Program-made: the position numbers and the translations under genes
Part shown: in pieces, positions 1-9,244 of the stretch
How positions within the stretch are numbered: the stretch's first letter is position 1
Layout: the number at the start of each line of letters is the position of its first letter
DNA from: Acaryochloris marina MBIC11017
Lineage (GTDB): Bacteria > Cyanobacteriota > Cyanobacteriia > Thermosynechococcales > Thermosynechococcaceae
Direction of reading: 5' to 3'
Length of the DNA: 32,000 bases
NCBI RefSeq assembly: GCF_000018105.1
Contig: NC_009925.1
Location: 2,100,001 to 2,132,000 of the forward strand
The notes under the pieces: generated by a model
Seen by the model: the letters and a program-made list of their open reading frames with translations, nothing else
Databases searched by the model: none
What the model was told of the DNA's origin: nothing

Positions 1-978
1 CAACGCATCACCAATCACGGTACGGCTACCACTGCTGCTGATGGGGAAGCCTTGCAGCAGCCCCGTGGCCAAATTCGCGATGCCTAAGGCCAACAGTTCT
101 TGATTCCCGTCGATTTGGTAGCCATTACGGTTAGCAAAGGATCGGGCCGTCAATACATTATCCGAATATCCCACCACGGCAATGCCCACTGCTGCCGCGA
201 GCAAAGTAGAAATTTTGGCAGGTGAGAATCCGGGCAGGAGTGGCGTGGGCAAACCCGCTGGGATGGTGCCTACCACCTTGACGCCTTGCTGATCGAGCTG
301 AAAAACAGCGACCGCTGCCGTTGCCAATAAAACTGCAATCAGCGGCCCCGGCCATTTGGGAAAGCGAGTTTGAATCACAAAGAGAAAAAACAAGACAGCG
401 GTTGCCAACACAAAGGTCGGTGGATGCAGCTGATTGAATTGGGTCACAAAGTCTTGCACCTCTCCCACCAAACTCTCAGATTGAATGGGAATACCGCTAA
501 CCTTACCGAGCTGACCAATGATCATAATCAGGGCGACTCCTGCCATATATCCCACTAAAATGGGCTTCGACAGTAAATCAGCCAGAAAGCCCAGTCGAGC
601 GATATAAGCAATCAAATAAACCAATCCGACAAACAGGGCTAAGACCGCAGCCCAACTCGCCGCCTCATAGGCTCCACCGGCCACTAAAGGCCCAATGGCG
701 ACCGCCGTCATCACAGCGGTTGTCGACTCAGGTCCTAAGGAGAGTTGCAACGAAGATCCAAACATCGCGTAGATCAGCATGGCAGGCAAAATAGCCCACA
801 AGCCAGCCACAGGCTCCACCCCCGCTAACTCCCCATAGGCCATACATTGAGGAATCAAATAAGCCGCGACCGTTATACCCGCGATACTATCCTGCCGCAA
901 CCACTGCCATTGATAATGGGTCAGCTGCCACCAACCCGGTACCCGTGATCGCAGCCCAGACTTGCCGTTCTTAGCCAC
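1..978 (-). CDS. SulP-family inorganic anion transporter, N-terminal 326 codons; the 3' end runs off the left edge of the window
   Basis: Absent from the ORF track because it is open at position 1. My minus-strand translation from GTG at 978 is uninterrupted to position 1, and an in-frame TAA lies at 984-982 just upstream. Sequence: VAKNGKSGLRSRVPGWWQLTHYQWQWLRQDSIAGITVAAYLIPQCMAYGELAGVEPVAGLWAILPAMLIYAMFGSSLQLSLGPES...SSSGSRTVIGDAL. The blocks 'D.IAG.TV....IPQ.MAY..LAG' and 'FGSS..L..GP' are typical SulP N-terminal motifs. Many hydrophobic helices follow. Confidence 0.8.
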   Translation of the reverse strand, partial: MAKNGKSGLRSRVPGWWQLTHYQWQWLRQDSIAGITVAAYLIPQCMAYGELAGVEPVAGLWAILPAMLIYAMFGSSLQLSLGPESTTAVMTAVAIGPLVAGGAYEAASWAAVLALFVGLVYLIAYIARLGFLADLLSKPILVGYMAGVALIMIIGQLGKVSGIPIQSESLVGEVQDFVTQFNQLHPPTFVLATAVLFFLFVIQTRFPKWPGPLIAVLLATAAVAVFQLDQQGVKVVGTIPAGLPTPLLPGFSPAKISTLLAAAVGIAVVGYSDNVLTARSFANRNGYQIDGNQELLALGIANLATGLLQGFPISSSGSRTVIGDAL

Positions 979-1037
979 AGTTTATGCTTCAGTTCAGTCT
1001 GGATTGATATTAGCTTGATTTGATTACAGCAATGGCG

Positions 1038-2099
1038 CTAGGCCATCTCAGACCTGTGACTGGGCTGATAAATATCGCCGAAGGTGTGATCTGCATTCAC
1101 GGTAATCACCAGATCGGCCCCGTTTTGCTGAGTAGTCAAAGGTTTTACAAATAGCTCGGGATGCAGCGCCTTCCAAAAGTAATCCACAAATTCATCGATT
1201 TCCCCATCACTCATGCCAGCGTTACCCATTGCGATCGCTTTATGTTCTGCCTCTTTTCGCCACTGCTTACTGAGTTGATAATCCGCTAAATTCAGCACCA
1301 TCAAACGGTCGAGACGGTCCCAGAGAGGCAAGTAATCCTGCAAGCGCTGGTTCATTTCCATGGCGAACTTGCGATCAGCGGGCGTATCAATCGGTGCAGG
1401 GGCTTGTTCAAAGAGGTCAGGCGGAATAGGTTGTGCCCCCACAAACCAACCCTCAAAAAGGACGATATCAGCGGTCGGCACCGATTCAAACCCACTGCGA
1501 TCGCCCTGTCCGCCAAAGGCCGATTTATCAAACCGAGGGATTTGAATTTGAGTATTGGCCTCGTTGGCTCGCACCTGATCCAGAATTTGAAGGCCCAAAT
1601 CAACATCATGGGTTCCTGGTGGCCCTCGCCATTTTAGTCGAGGGTCCTCCACTTGCAGCTGCTGACGCTCACTATAGGTCTTATAGAGATCATCGATGGA
1701 CAGGCAGCAGCACGAATACCCTAGCTGTTCTAGAACGATCTGCAGCACCGTGGTCAGGGTCGTTTTTCCAGCCCCCTGCATGCCCAAAATGCCTTGGATT
1801 AGTGGGCGATTCAGCTTCCGTCTCGCTTCCGCTATCTGGCAGGCTAGCGGCATCCATACCCGCCAGAGGGGCTGTAGGGGCGAGGTGAATATTTGACAGT
1901 CTCCACACCAAAACTCTTCCACCGGGGGGTAGATTCGGGGAAGGAGCTGGGCGAACTGATGAAGGGTTGCTTCTACTGAGGCTGGAGTTAGGCCAAAAGC
2001 GGCTGCCCGATCCGGCTCAGACAGCATCCATTGGCCTAATTCAGCCTTTTGAGGCTCTGTGAGCACCTGTCCTTGAACCAGCTGTTCTAAACTGTCCAT
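1038..2099 (-). CDS. glyK: D-glycerate 3-kinase (plant/cyanobacterial GLYK type, P-loop kinase)
   Basis: 353-aa ORF with Walker A 'GMQGAGKTT', then 'SIDDLY', 'RGPPGTHD' and 'IPRFDKS' blocks, the pattern I associate with GLYK-type glycerate kinases. It lies 17 nt downstream of glgP on the same strand. Confidence 0.75.
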   Translation of the reverse strand: MDSLEQLVQGQVLTEPQKAELGQWMLSEPDRAAAFGLTPASVEATLHQFAQLLPRIYPPVEEFWCGDCQIFTSPLQPLWRVWMPLACQIAEARRKLNRPLIQGILGMQGAGKTTLTTVLQIVLEQLGYSCCCLSIDDLYKTYSERQQLQVEDPRLKWRGPPGTHDVDLGLQILDQVRANEANTQIQIPRFDKSAFGGQGDRSGFESVPTADIVLFEGWFVGAQPIPPDLFEQAPAPIDTPADRKFAMEMNQRLQDYLPLWDRLDRLMVLNLADYQLSKQWRKEAEHKAIAMGNAGMSDGEIDEFVDYFWKALHPELFVKPLTTQQNGADLVITVNADHTFGDIYQPSHRSEMA

Positions 2100-2116
2100 G
2101 ATTTAGGTGCTGATGC

Positions 2117-4660
2117 CTAGCACTGACGCAATTCAACGTTCACGGGTTCAACTTTCCAGATATCTCGACAATAGTCTTCAATCGAGCGATCCGAAGAGAA
2201 TTTACCCATACGGGCTGCATTCAAAATCGACATGCGAGTCCACTTAGTCTGATCTTTATAGACCGCAGCCACCTGATCTTGACAAGCAATATAGGACGCA
2301 TAGTCCGCAAAGAGGAAATATTGGTCCTGGTTGAGCAGATCATCAACCAAAGGTCGAAACAGCTCTGCATCTCCCTGGGAGAAAAAACCAGAAGCGATTC
2401 GATCGATCGCCAGCTTTAGCTCAGCGTTGGTATGGTAATAATCCCGAGACCGATAGCCATGGGCTCGCTTGTGATAAACCTCTTCAGTCGTCAGGCCGAA
2501 TAAGAAGAAATTCTCTTCGCCCACTTCCTCCCGAATCTCCACATTGGCTCCATCTAAGGTACCAATGGTCAGGGCACCATTCAGGGCAAATTTCATATTG
2601 CCTGTGCCCGACGCCTCTTTACCCGCAGTAGAAATCTGTTCCGATAAATCAGCAGCGGGATAAATGCGCTGAGCTAGCTTAACGTTATAGTCCTTCAAAA
2701 AGACCACCTTTAGCCGTCCCCGCACATCTGGATCGCGGTTAACTACATTCCCGACAGAGTTGATCAGCTTGATAATCAGCTTGGCCATAAAATAGCCTGG
2801 CGCTGCTTTTCCACCAAAGATAAAGGTGCGAGGCGTAATCTCAATATCAGGATTGGCCTTAATGCGGTTATAGAGGGTGACGATATGAAGCAGGCTTAAA
2901 TGTTGGCGCTTATATTCATGAAACCGCTTCGCCTGAATATCAAACAGGGAATCTGGGTCAACGGTAATATTGTTATTGTTTTGGATATAAGTCGCCAGCT
3001 CAGTTTTGCTGTGCTGCTTAATCCGCCGCCATTCCACTTGAAAACCAGCATCATCGACAAACTGCTCTAACTGCTGCAGTTCCTTCAGATTTTTGATCCA
3101 AGAGTCACCAATTTTGCTCGTAATCAGCTTGCTGAGTTGAGAATTGCTGAGAACCATAAACCGACGGGGGGTCACTCCATTGGTTTTATTGGTGAACTTA
3201 TGGGGATACATTTCATAGAAATCCCGTAGCACATCTTTTTGCAGCAATTCTGTATGTAGCGCTGCAACCCCGTTAATAGCATGGCTACCGACACAGGCCA
3301 GGTGAGCCATGCGCACATACCGTTCCCCACTTTCATCAATCAGAGACATGCGGATCATGCGCTCTTCATCATCGGGGAACTTAATCCGCACCTCGTCTAA
3401 GAAGCGCTGATTAATTTCGTAAATCAGTTCTAAATGGCGAGGTAACAGGGACCCAAACAACTCAATGGGCCATCGTTCTAGGGCCTCAGGTAAGAGGGTA
3501 TGGTTGGTATAGGCAAAGGTCTGATGGGTAATGGTCCAGGCCTGCTCCCAGTCCATTTGATGATGATCGATCAGCAGCCGCATCAGTTCCACCACAGAGA
3601 TGGCAGGGTGGGTGTCATTTAACTGAACCGCAAATTTCTTGTGGAAATTTTCCAAGGGCAAGTTCTGACCATGGAGAATGCGAATCATATCCTGCAGCGA
3701 ACAGGAGACAAAGAAAAACTGCTGGGTGAGGCGGAGTTGCTTACCTTGGGATGAATCATCATTGGGATAAAGGACCTTGGAAATATTTTCCGAGATCATC
3801 TTTTCGTAGACGGCCCCCAAATAATCGCCGGAGTTAAAGGACCTAAAGTCAAAGGACTCCGGTGCTTCAGCCGTCCACAGACGCAGGGTATTGGCTGTAT
3901 TAGTCTGATAGCCCAGGATAGGGGTGTCATAGGGAATCCCTTTAACCACTTGATCCGGCACCCAGCGAGACCGATAGTTACCGTGATCGTCCGTGTAATG
4001 TTCTGTGTGGCCGCCCAACTTAATCTCTACAGACCATTCAGGTCGGGCGATTTCCCAGGGATTGCCTGCGCTTAGCCATTTGTCGGTCCGCTCGACTTGC
4101 CAGCCATCGCGAATATCTTGATCAAAAATGCCAAATTCGTAGCGAATGCCATATCCCAAAGACGGAATATCTAAGGTGGCGAGGGAGTCCAAGTAGCAGG
4201 CAGCTAAACGCCCTAGTCCACCATTGCCTAAGCCTGGCTCTTCTTCTTCCTCTTGCAGCTCATCCAAGCTCAGGCCTAACTCTGCCATGCCTTGCTCAAC
4301 TTGGTCATAAATGCCGAGGTTAATAAGGTTATTGCCCAGATGCGGTCCCATCAAGAACTCTGCAGAGAAATAGGCAACCGTTCGGGACCCGAGTTCAGTA
4401 TAGGTGGCGGCTGTATTGATCCATCGTTGGAGGAGGCGGTCTCTAACGGTATAGGCCAAAGCCATATAGTAGTCATTGGTCGTCGCCAGGGCAGGAAATT
4501 TACCCTGGACGTAGAAAAGATTATTCAGGAAAGCCCGCTTAAGGGTTTCGCTATCCATGCCGGTGCGATTGCTTAACTCGCAGCGATCTTGTAGGTCGAT
4601 AGCATCGAGGGACAGTTCGCTAGAAGAACCATGAATTTGGGCTGAAGGATTGCTGGTCAT
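2117..4660 (-). CDS. glgP: Glycogen/alpha-glucan phosphorylase
   Basis: 847-aa ORF containing the pyridoxal-phosphate site 'EASGTGNMKFALNGALTIGTLDGANVE'. It also has 'GLGNGGLGRLAAC' and 'YFSAEFLMG' blocks typical of GT35 phosphorylases. Confidence 0.96.
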   Translation of the reverse strand: MTSNPSAQIHGSSSELSLDAIDLQDRCELSNRTGMDSETLKRAFLNNLFYVQGKFPALATTNDYYMALAYTVRDRLLQRWINTAATYTELGSRTVAYFSAEFLMGPHLGNNLINLGIYDQVEQGMAELGLSLDELQEEEEEPGLGNGGLGRLAACYLDSLATLDIPSLGYGIRYEFGIFDQDIRDGWQVERTDKWLSAGNPWEIARPEWSVEIKLGGHTEHYTDDHGNYRSRWVPDQVVKGIPYDTPILGYQTNTANTLRLWTAEAPESFDFRSFNSGDYLGAVYEKMISENISKVLYPNDDSSQGKQLRLTQQFFFVSCSLQDMIRILHGQNLPLENFHKKFAVQLNDTHPAISVVELMRLLIDHHQMDWEQAWTITHQTFAYTNHTLLPEALERWPIELFGSLLPRHLELIYEINQRFLDEVRIKFPDDEERMIRMSLIDESGERYVRMAHLACVGSHAINGVAALHTELLQKDVLRDFYEMYPHKFTNKTNGVTPRRFMVLSNSQLSKLITSKIGDSWIKNLKELQQLEQFVDDAGFQVEWRRIKQHSKTELATYIQNNNNITVDPDSLFDIQAKRFHEYKRQHLSLLHIVTLYNRIKANPDIEITPRTFIFGGKAAPGYFMAKLIIKLINSVGNVVNRDPDVRGRLKVVFLKDYNVKLAQRIYPAADLSEQISTAGKEASGTGNMKFALNGALTIGTLDGANVEIREEVGEENFFLFGLTTEEVYHKRAHGYRSRDYYHTNAELKLAIDRIASGFFSQGDAELFRPLVDDLLNQDQYFLFADYASYIACQDQVAAVYKDQTKWTRMSILNAARMGKFSSDRSIEDYCRDIWKVEPVNVELRQC

Positions 4661-4893
4661 TGCATTAAATAAAGAAAGTACCAGGAATAAACGGTCAGCC
4701 TCAATCGCACTTGAGAGCTGTGCTCAGATTATTATCATTCAATGTTAATCATGTTTGTGCTGTGCAGCACTAGAAGCCACCCCTTAACTTCATAATTTAG
4801 GATTTGCTTTAGATCCCCACCCTTTTTCTCCGATCCTGCAGACCCATGGGCTGCATTTGGCCCCCACGACCTCCCAATGGGGATAGGGAACAG

Positions 4894-4935
4894 TTAGATT
4901 CAGTGCATTACCCCTTAGATTCAGTGCATTAACCC
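4894..4935. repeat. Two tandem copies of a 21-bp unit (TTAGATTCAGTGCATTACCCC / TTAGATTCAGTGCATTAACCC)
   Basis: Read directly from the sequence: copies at 4894-4914 and 4915-4935 match at 20/21 positions. The repeat lies in the divergent glgP/msrB intergenic region. Confidence 0.9.
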
Positions 4936-5168
4936 TCATCGACCTGTTTAGAAGCTAAGGATTCGTTCCAGCTCTGAGTGGAAAGTGCCAAGGATATCGG
5001 TTATCCACCCTCCCTGGGGGGAATCACCACCCACCAGCCCCAAAGATGGAAAAAGTAACGTTAGGATTTAGAGAAGAGATATCAATAGTTCGCTCAATTG
5101 TGGCGGCTGTGAATGTTTCTCCTGATATCGCTTAAGCAATATTGCCCTTCTGACTCAACACAAGATTT

Positions 5169-5564
5169 ATGGAAAAAGTACAGAAAACGGAGCAGGAATG
5201 GGAAGCCCAACTCACTCCAGAACAGTTCCGTGTGACCCGTCACCATGGAACGGAGCGGGCCTTTACCGGGGAATACCATGACCTCAAGGCAGCAGGCACC
5301 TACCAATGTGTGTGTTGCGGTACCGAATTATTCACATCCGATACCAAATTTGATTCTGGGACGGGCTGGCCTAGCTTTTGGGCACCAGCGGATAAAACCC
5401 ATGTCGAGGAAAAGACGGATCGCAGTTTGTTTATGGTTCGAACTGAGGTACTCTGCGCTGTCTGCGATGCCCATCTTGGCCATGTTTTTAATGATGGTCC
5501 AAAACCTACGGGCTTAAGATATTGCATGAACTCTGCTGCCCTCAAATTTGTCCCCAAAAGTTAA
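5169..5564 (+). CDS. msrB: Peptide-methionine (R)-S-oxide reductase
   Basis: 131-aa ORF with two CxxC zinc motifs ([21 protein letters not shown]) and the catalytic 'RYCMNSAAL' block typical of MsrB/SelR. Confidence 0.95.
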   Translation: MEKVQKTEQEWEAQLTPEQFRVTRHHGTERAFTGEYHDLKAAGTYQCVCCGTELFTSDTKFDSGTGWPSFWAPADKTHVEEKTDRSLFMVRTEVLCAVCDAHLGHVFNDGPKPTGLRYCMNSAALKFVPKS

Positions 5565-5593
5565 ACGTTGAGTCAATCATGGGGGTTAACCTC

Positions 5594-5615
5594 AGATTGG
5601 GCTATAGCCCAATCT
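5594..5615. terminator. Perfect 22-bp palindrome AGATTGGGCTA|TAGCCCAATCT, 30 nt after the msrB stop; a hairpin or operator
   Basis: Read directly from the sequence. It could form a stem of about 9 bp. No U-run follows, so assignment as an intrinsic terminator is tentative. Confidence 0.35.
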
Positions 5616-5681
5616 CTGGAACTTATAGGCCCAACAGTGCTCATAGTCCTTTAAAGTCTCATCATCTCTCGCTAAACACCC

Positions 5682-6236
5682 GTGAACAGAAATCGTGGCT
5701 TGCAATATTTGCAAGGGTATAGTCTCATCCTGCTCCCCACCGTGCTTCTAGCCTGTGCTCCCATCGTGGATGGAGATGAAGTAGGTCGCCGAATTCACCA
5801 GGAATTTGAGCGCAAAACTGAAATTGCAGTGCACTCGGTTAAATGTCCCCAAGATATTGAAAGCAAAGTCGGTAAGAGGTTTGTTTGTGATATTTATGCC
5901 CTAGAAGGAAATATTCTCAAAACCCAAGTCACCTTAAAGGATGACCAAGGCGATATTTCATGGTCTGTACAAACGGGCCTAGTCAATTTAGGAGTGATTG
6001 AAGAGAATATTGAGAAGACCTTCAAAAATGAGCGTTTAAGCAAAGTCAAAGCCTCCTGTGATGGCAAGTTCAAAATTGCTCATCAAGGGGACACATTTGA
6101 GTGCGGGGTCCAAGAAGGGAATGATGATCCAGGTAAGGTGATGGTCAAAGTCACGGATGAGCAGGGGAAAGTCAATTTTCAGTTTTTAGATCGTTCTGAT
6201 CCAGCTGCAGACAATAAACCGTCCTCTGCCCCATAG
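5682..6236 (+). CDS. Putative lipoprotein with two DUF4333-like Cys-pair modules
   Basis: 184-aa ORF with a GTG start. Signal peptide plus lipobox 'VLLAC'. Two internally similar modules each carry a Cys pair: 'VKCPQDIESKVGKRFVCDI...' and 'ASCDGKFKIAHQGDTFECGV...'. The C-terminal tail is low complexity. Confidence 0.6.
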   Translation: MNRNRGLQYLQGYSLILLPTVLLACAPIVDGDEVGRRIHQEFERKTEIAVHSVKCPQDIESKVGKRFVCDIYALEGNILKTQVTLKDDQGDISWSVQTGLVNLGVIEENIEKTFKNERLSKVKASCDGKFKIAHQGDTFECGVQEGNDDPGKVMVKVTDEQGKVNFQFLDRSDPAADNKPSSAP

Positions 6237-6279
6237 GGATATCACTAGAATTGAGTCGACAGTAGGGTAGGCAATCGGA

Positions 6280-7251
6280 TTGAGTACATCCAGAACTTGG
6301 CAACAGCAAATCGGCCACCAGCGAGACTGGGCTTGGCGGGGATGGCAAATTCGCTATACCTTTATGCGCGGACAACAGGAGACAACGCAGCCCCCCATGC
6401 TGCTATTACATGGGTTCGGAGCTTCGATCGGCCATTGGCGATTCAATATACCGGTGTTTGCCAAAGACCGAACCATCTATGCGCTAGATTTACTAGGATT
6501 TGGGGCATCCGAGAAAGTCTCTACCGACTATTTAGTGACCCTATGGGTGGAACAGGTTCATGACTTTTGGCAGACCTATATCCGCACCCCAATGGTTTTG
6601 GTGGGTAATTCTTTAGGATCCTTGGTCAGTCTTACGGCTGCAGCCCTTTACCCAGAGATGGTGGCGGGATTGGCCATGCTAACCCTGCCGGATACATCGG
6701 TGTTGAAAAATCCTTCATGGGTCAAACCTGCGATCGCACCTTTGAAACTCGCCCTCAATCCCGTAGCCGCATTCGCCAAAGCCTTGTTCACTGCGCCCCC
6801 AATCTTCAACCCGTTTTTTCAATTCATTCGCCAGCCCAAGATTATTCGTTCCTGGGTCAAGAAAGCCTATATCGATACCACGTCCGTTGAAGATGATCTC
6901 GTCGATATCCTTTCCAGCCCTGCCTATGATCAGGGGGCCGCAGATGCCCTCCGAGCCATGGTCAACACTATGTCCAAGCCCCAAGTCCCTCAACATACGG
7001 CTAAGGAGATGCTGCCTCAATTAACGATTCCGATTCTGTTGGTGTGGGGGCAGCAAGATGTCATGATCCCACCCAAATTGGGACCGCTCTTTGCCCGCTG
7101 CAATCCTCGAATCCAGCTGGTCGAGTTAGCCCATGCGGGCCATTGCCCCCATGATGAATGTCCAGACCGACTCAACCCTATTCTTCTAGACTGGCTCGCC
7201 GCTCACTTCCCTATCCAGCAGCCACAGCCAGAACAGTTGCACTGCGCCTAG
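6280..7251 (+). CDS. Alpha/beta-fold hydrolase
   Basis: 323-aa ORF with a TTG start. '[13 protein letters not shown]' oxyanion region, nucleophile elbow 'GNSLGS', and C-terminal 'AGHCPHDE' containing the catalytic His. Confidence 0.85.
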   Translation: MSTSRTWQQQIGHQRDWAWRGWQIRYTFMRGQQETTQPPMLLLHGFGASIGHWRFNIPVFAKDRTIYALDLLGFGASEKVSTDYLVTLWVEQVHDFWQTYIRTPMVLVGNSLGSLVSLTAAALYPEMVAGLAMLTLPDTSVLKNPSWVKPAIAPLKLALNPVAAFAKALFTAPPIFNPFFQFIRQPKIIRSWVKKAYIDTTSVEDDLVDILSSPAYDQGAADALRAMVNTMSKPQVPQHTAKEMLPQLTIPILLVWGQQDVMIPPKLGPLFARCNPRIQLVELAHAGHCPHDECPDRLNPILLDWLAAHFPIQQPQPEQLHCA

Positions 7252-7306
7252 ATTTGGTTGCATAATCAGGCCATTACACCACCCCAAGCTGGGGCTGAAT
7301 CAAACC

Positions 7307-7825
7307 ATGAAACATACACTGTCCGTCTTAGTTGAAGACGAAGCTGGCGTTCTCACTCGCATCGCCGGACTTTTTGCCCGACGAGGATTTAACATCGAAA
7401 GTTTAGCCGTTGGACCTGCCGAGCAAATTGGGGTCTCTCGCATTACGATGGTCGTTCCCGGTGATAATCGCAGCATTGAGCAGCTCACCAAGCAGCTCTA
7501 TAAGCTAATCAATGTTCTTAAGGTTCAGGATATTACTGAAGTCCCCTGTGTGGAGCGGGAGCTGATGTTGATTAAAGTCAATGCCGCGGCGTCTCTACGC
7601 TCTGAGATTGTGGAAATTGTCCAAATCTTTCGTGCCAAAGTGGTGGATGTTTCTGAGGACGCTCTCACCATCGAGGTCTCAGGTGACCCAGGCAAGATGG
7701 TGGCAATTGTGCAAATGCTGAACAAGTTCGGCATTCAAGAAATTGCCCGAACTGGCAAGATTGCCTTAACCCGAGAATCACGCGTCAATACTGAATATCT
7801 GAAATCTTTAGCAGCCAAGGTTTAG
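7307..7825 (+). CDS. ilvN: Acetolactate synthase small (regulatory) subunit
   Basis: 172-aa ORF. N-terminal ACT domain '[34 protein letters not shown]' and a C-terminal ALS_ss_C-like half. Confidence 0.95.
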   Translation: MKHTLSVLVEDEAGVLTRIAGLFARRGFNIESLAVGPAEQIGVSRITMVVPGDNRSIEQLTKQLYKLINVLKVQDITEVPCVERELMLIKVNAAASLRSEIVEIVQIFRAKVVDVSEDALTIEVSGDPGKMVAIVQMLNKFGIQEIARTGKIALTRESRVNTEYLKSLAAKV

Positions 7826-7867
7826 CAACTCAAAGATCTGCCAGCCTCAAAGGATTCAAGAGCAGTC

Positions 7868-8800
7868 TTAATAACTGCCGTCGTCATTCTCTGGTCCACC
7901 TGAACCCGGGCCTGGGTACTTGGGTAAATCCAGAGGTTTATAGTCTACATAATCATCATTGCCGTTCTGGCCGTAAGCATCGTCTGAACCGCTATCGCCA
8001 GAAGCATTGGCTGAATAGCCATTCGCACCTGTGTCATCAGCATCTGTGTTTTTACGTCGACGGTTTCTCATGGCTTTGACCGCTGATGAGTAATCATCGG
8101 GAGTATAGTCTTGATCTTCCAGCTCTCCCGTTAATTGCAAAGGACGACGACGGCGAGGTCGCTCTTCTGATGAAGGTTCGGGCGGGGCATAAGAAGTTGA
8201 CGAAGAATAGCCTTGGTCATAACCATAGCTAGCCTGATCCTGTCCATAGCTATCTTGGGAATAGCTGTTGCTGCCTTGCTCATAGTCATCATAGGCAGCA
8301 GTCCGTCGCCTAGACCGCCGGCTGGGCGCATCATCATAGTCATTCCCATAGGCATATTCATCCCGTCTCGACCGACGGTCCCCTTCCCCTCGAATACGAC
8401 GAGGTCGAGCAGGCATATCGTCTTCAAACTCCAGTTGAGCTTCAGACCGCATACGGCTAGAGCGCTGAGGTCGTCTAGGGCGATAGTCATCGTCTCGATC
8501 TCGAGGTCCGCCTCGCTCTCGAGGCTGTCTCATGGGGCCATTATTGGGCAGACGGTTCTGAATATTCTCAATCATCAGCGCCACTAACATCCCCACTACA
8601 ATCATCTGCTGCAGGGACAGGGTAAATTCCATACCCAAGTGGGCCAAGAGGATAACACCCGCTAGTAAGCCGAGAAAGGCATAGACATTATCGGAATCTC
8701 GACGGTAGCCCGGCTTGATTTTATCCAAAAAGAATAATGCGATCGCACCGACGATCAGAATAACTCCAACAATAAGTGGAACAGGAGTACCGAAATTCAC
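7868..8800 (-). CDS. ycf66: Ycf66-family membrane protein with a long disordered R/D/Y/S-rich C-terminal tail
   Basis: 310-aa ORF with a GTG start. The first ~85 aa (MNFGTPVPLIVGVILIVGAIALFFLDKIKPGYRRDSDNVYAFLGLLAGVILLAHLGMEF...) match the Ycf66 N-terminal membrane domain. The remaining ~220 aa are low complexity. Confidence 0.7.
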   Translation of the reverse strand: MNFGTPVPLIVGVILIVGAIALFFLDKIKPGYRRDSDNVYAFLGLLAGVILLAHLGMEFTLSLQQMIVVGMLVALMIENIQNRLPNNGPMRQPRERGGPRDRDDDYRPRRPQRSSRMRSEAQLEFEDDMPARPRRIRGEGDRRSRRDEYAYGNDYDDAPSRRSRRRTAAYDDYEQGSNSYSQDSYGQDQASYGYDQGYSSSTSYAPPEPSSEERPRRRRPLQLTGELEDQDYTPDDYSSAVKAMRNRRRKNTDADDTGANGYSANASGDSGSDDAYGQNGNDDYVDYKPLDLPKYPGPGSGGPENDDGSY

Positions 8801-9070
8801 TTGGGATGTCTCTCTAGGTGACGACTGATAGCCAGAATCCGCATACTCAATCAGTAATGAAATGAAGGAGAACGGCTAGGTTGGCGGTAGGGAAGCAAAT
8901 TGTAATTTAACTGATACGACCCCAACTTGATCAAACTCTATGCTAACGAGTTATGGGTCCAAATGGGATGAGGGGGGTATCTCAGTTTCTTTATACAGTT
9001 GAAATCTCACCCAGCAAGGAGGGGAGAAATGGCAAAAAGGAATGATGAGGACGCTGCGGCATATCAACCT

Positions 9071-9108
9071 ATAAAAACGAAGAACGGCTGAACAGTATTT
9101 CCAGCCGT
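9071..9108 (-). terminator. Candidate intrinsic terminator of psbX
   Basis: The minus strand reads ACGGCTG-(11 nt loop)-CAGCCGT followed by TCTTCGTTTTTAT. It lies about 140 nt downstream of the psbX stop. Confidence 0.4.
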
Positions 9109-9244
9109 GCTTTAAGAAAACATATTTTAAGATATTTTGCCCCAAATGGCATTAATAGTGAAGCTACCAAAACGCTGAGGTGATTATTGCACTACAGGTG
9201 GACTGAGGTAGCCCACGCTAGAGATCAACAATCACCCTAAAAAC

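Noticed and set aside
1433-1888. 151-aa plus-strand ORF (and neighbouring 60-85-aa ORFs) antisense to the glycerate kinase gene
   Set aside because: It has low-complexity Pro/Arg/Ala composition and is fully nested in a well-supported gene on the other strand. There is no independent signal.
8131-8587. 119-aa (-) and 124-aa (+) ORFs overlapping the ycf66 tail
   Set aside because: They are alternative frames of a repetitive low-complexity coding region. The frame continuous with the Ycf66 membrane domain explains the region.
8951-9145. 64-aa minus-strand ORF in the psbX-ycf66 spacer
   Set aside because: It has no ribosome-binding site or recognisable motifs, and it spans the putative psbX terminator hairpin.
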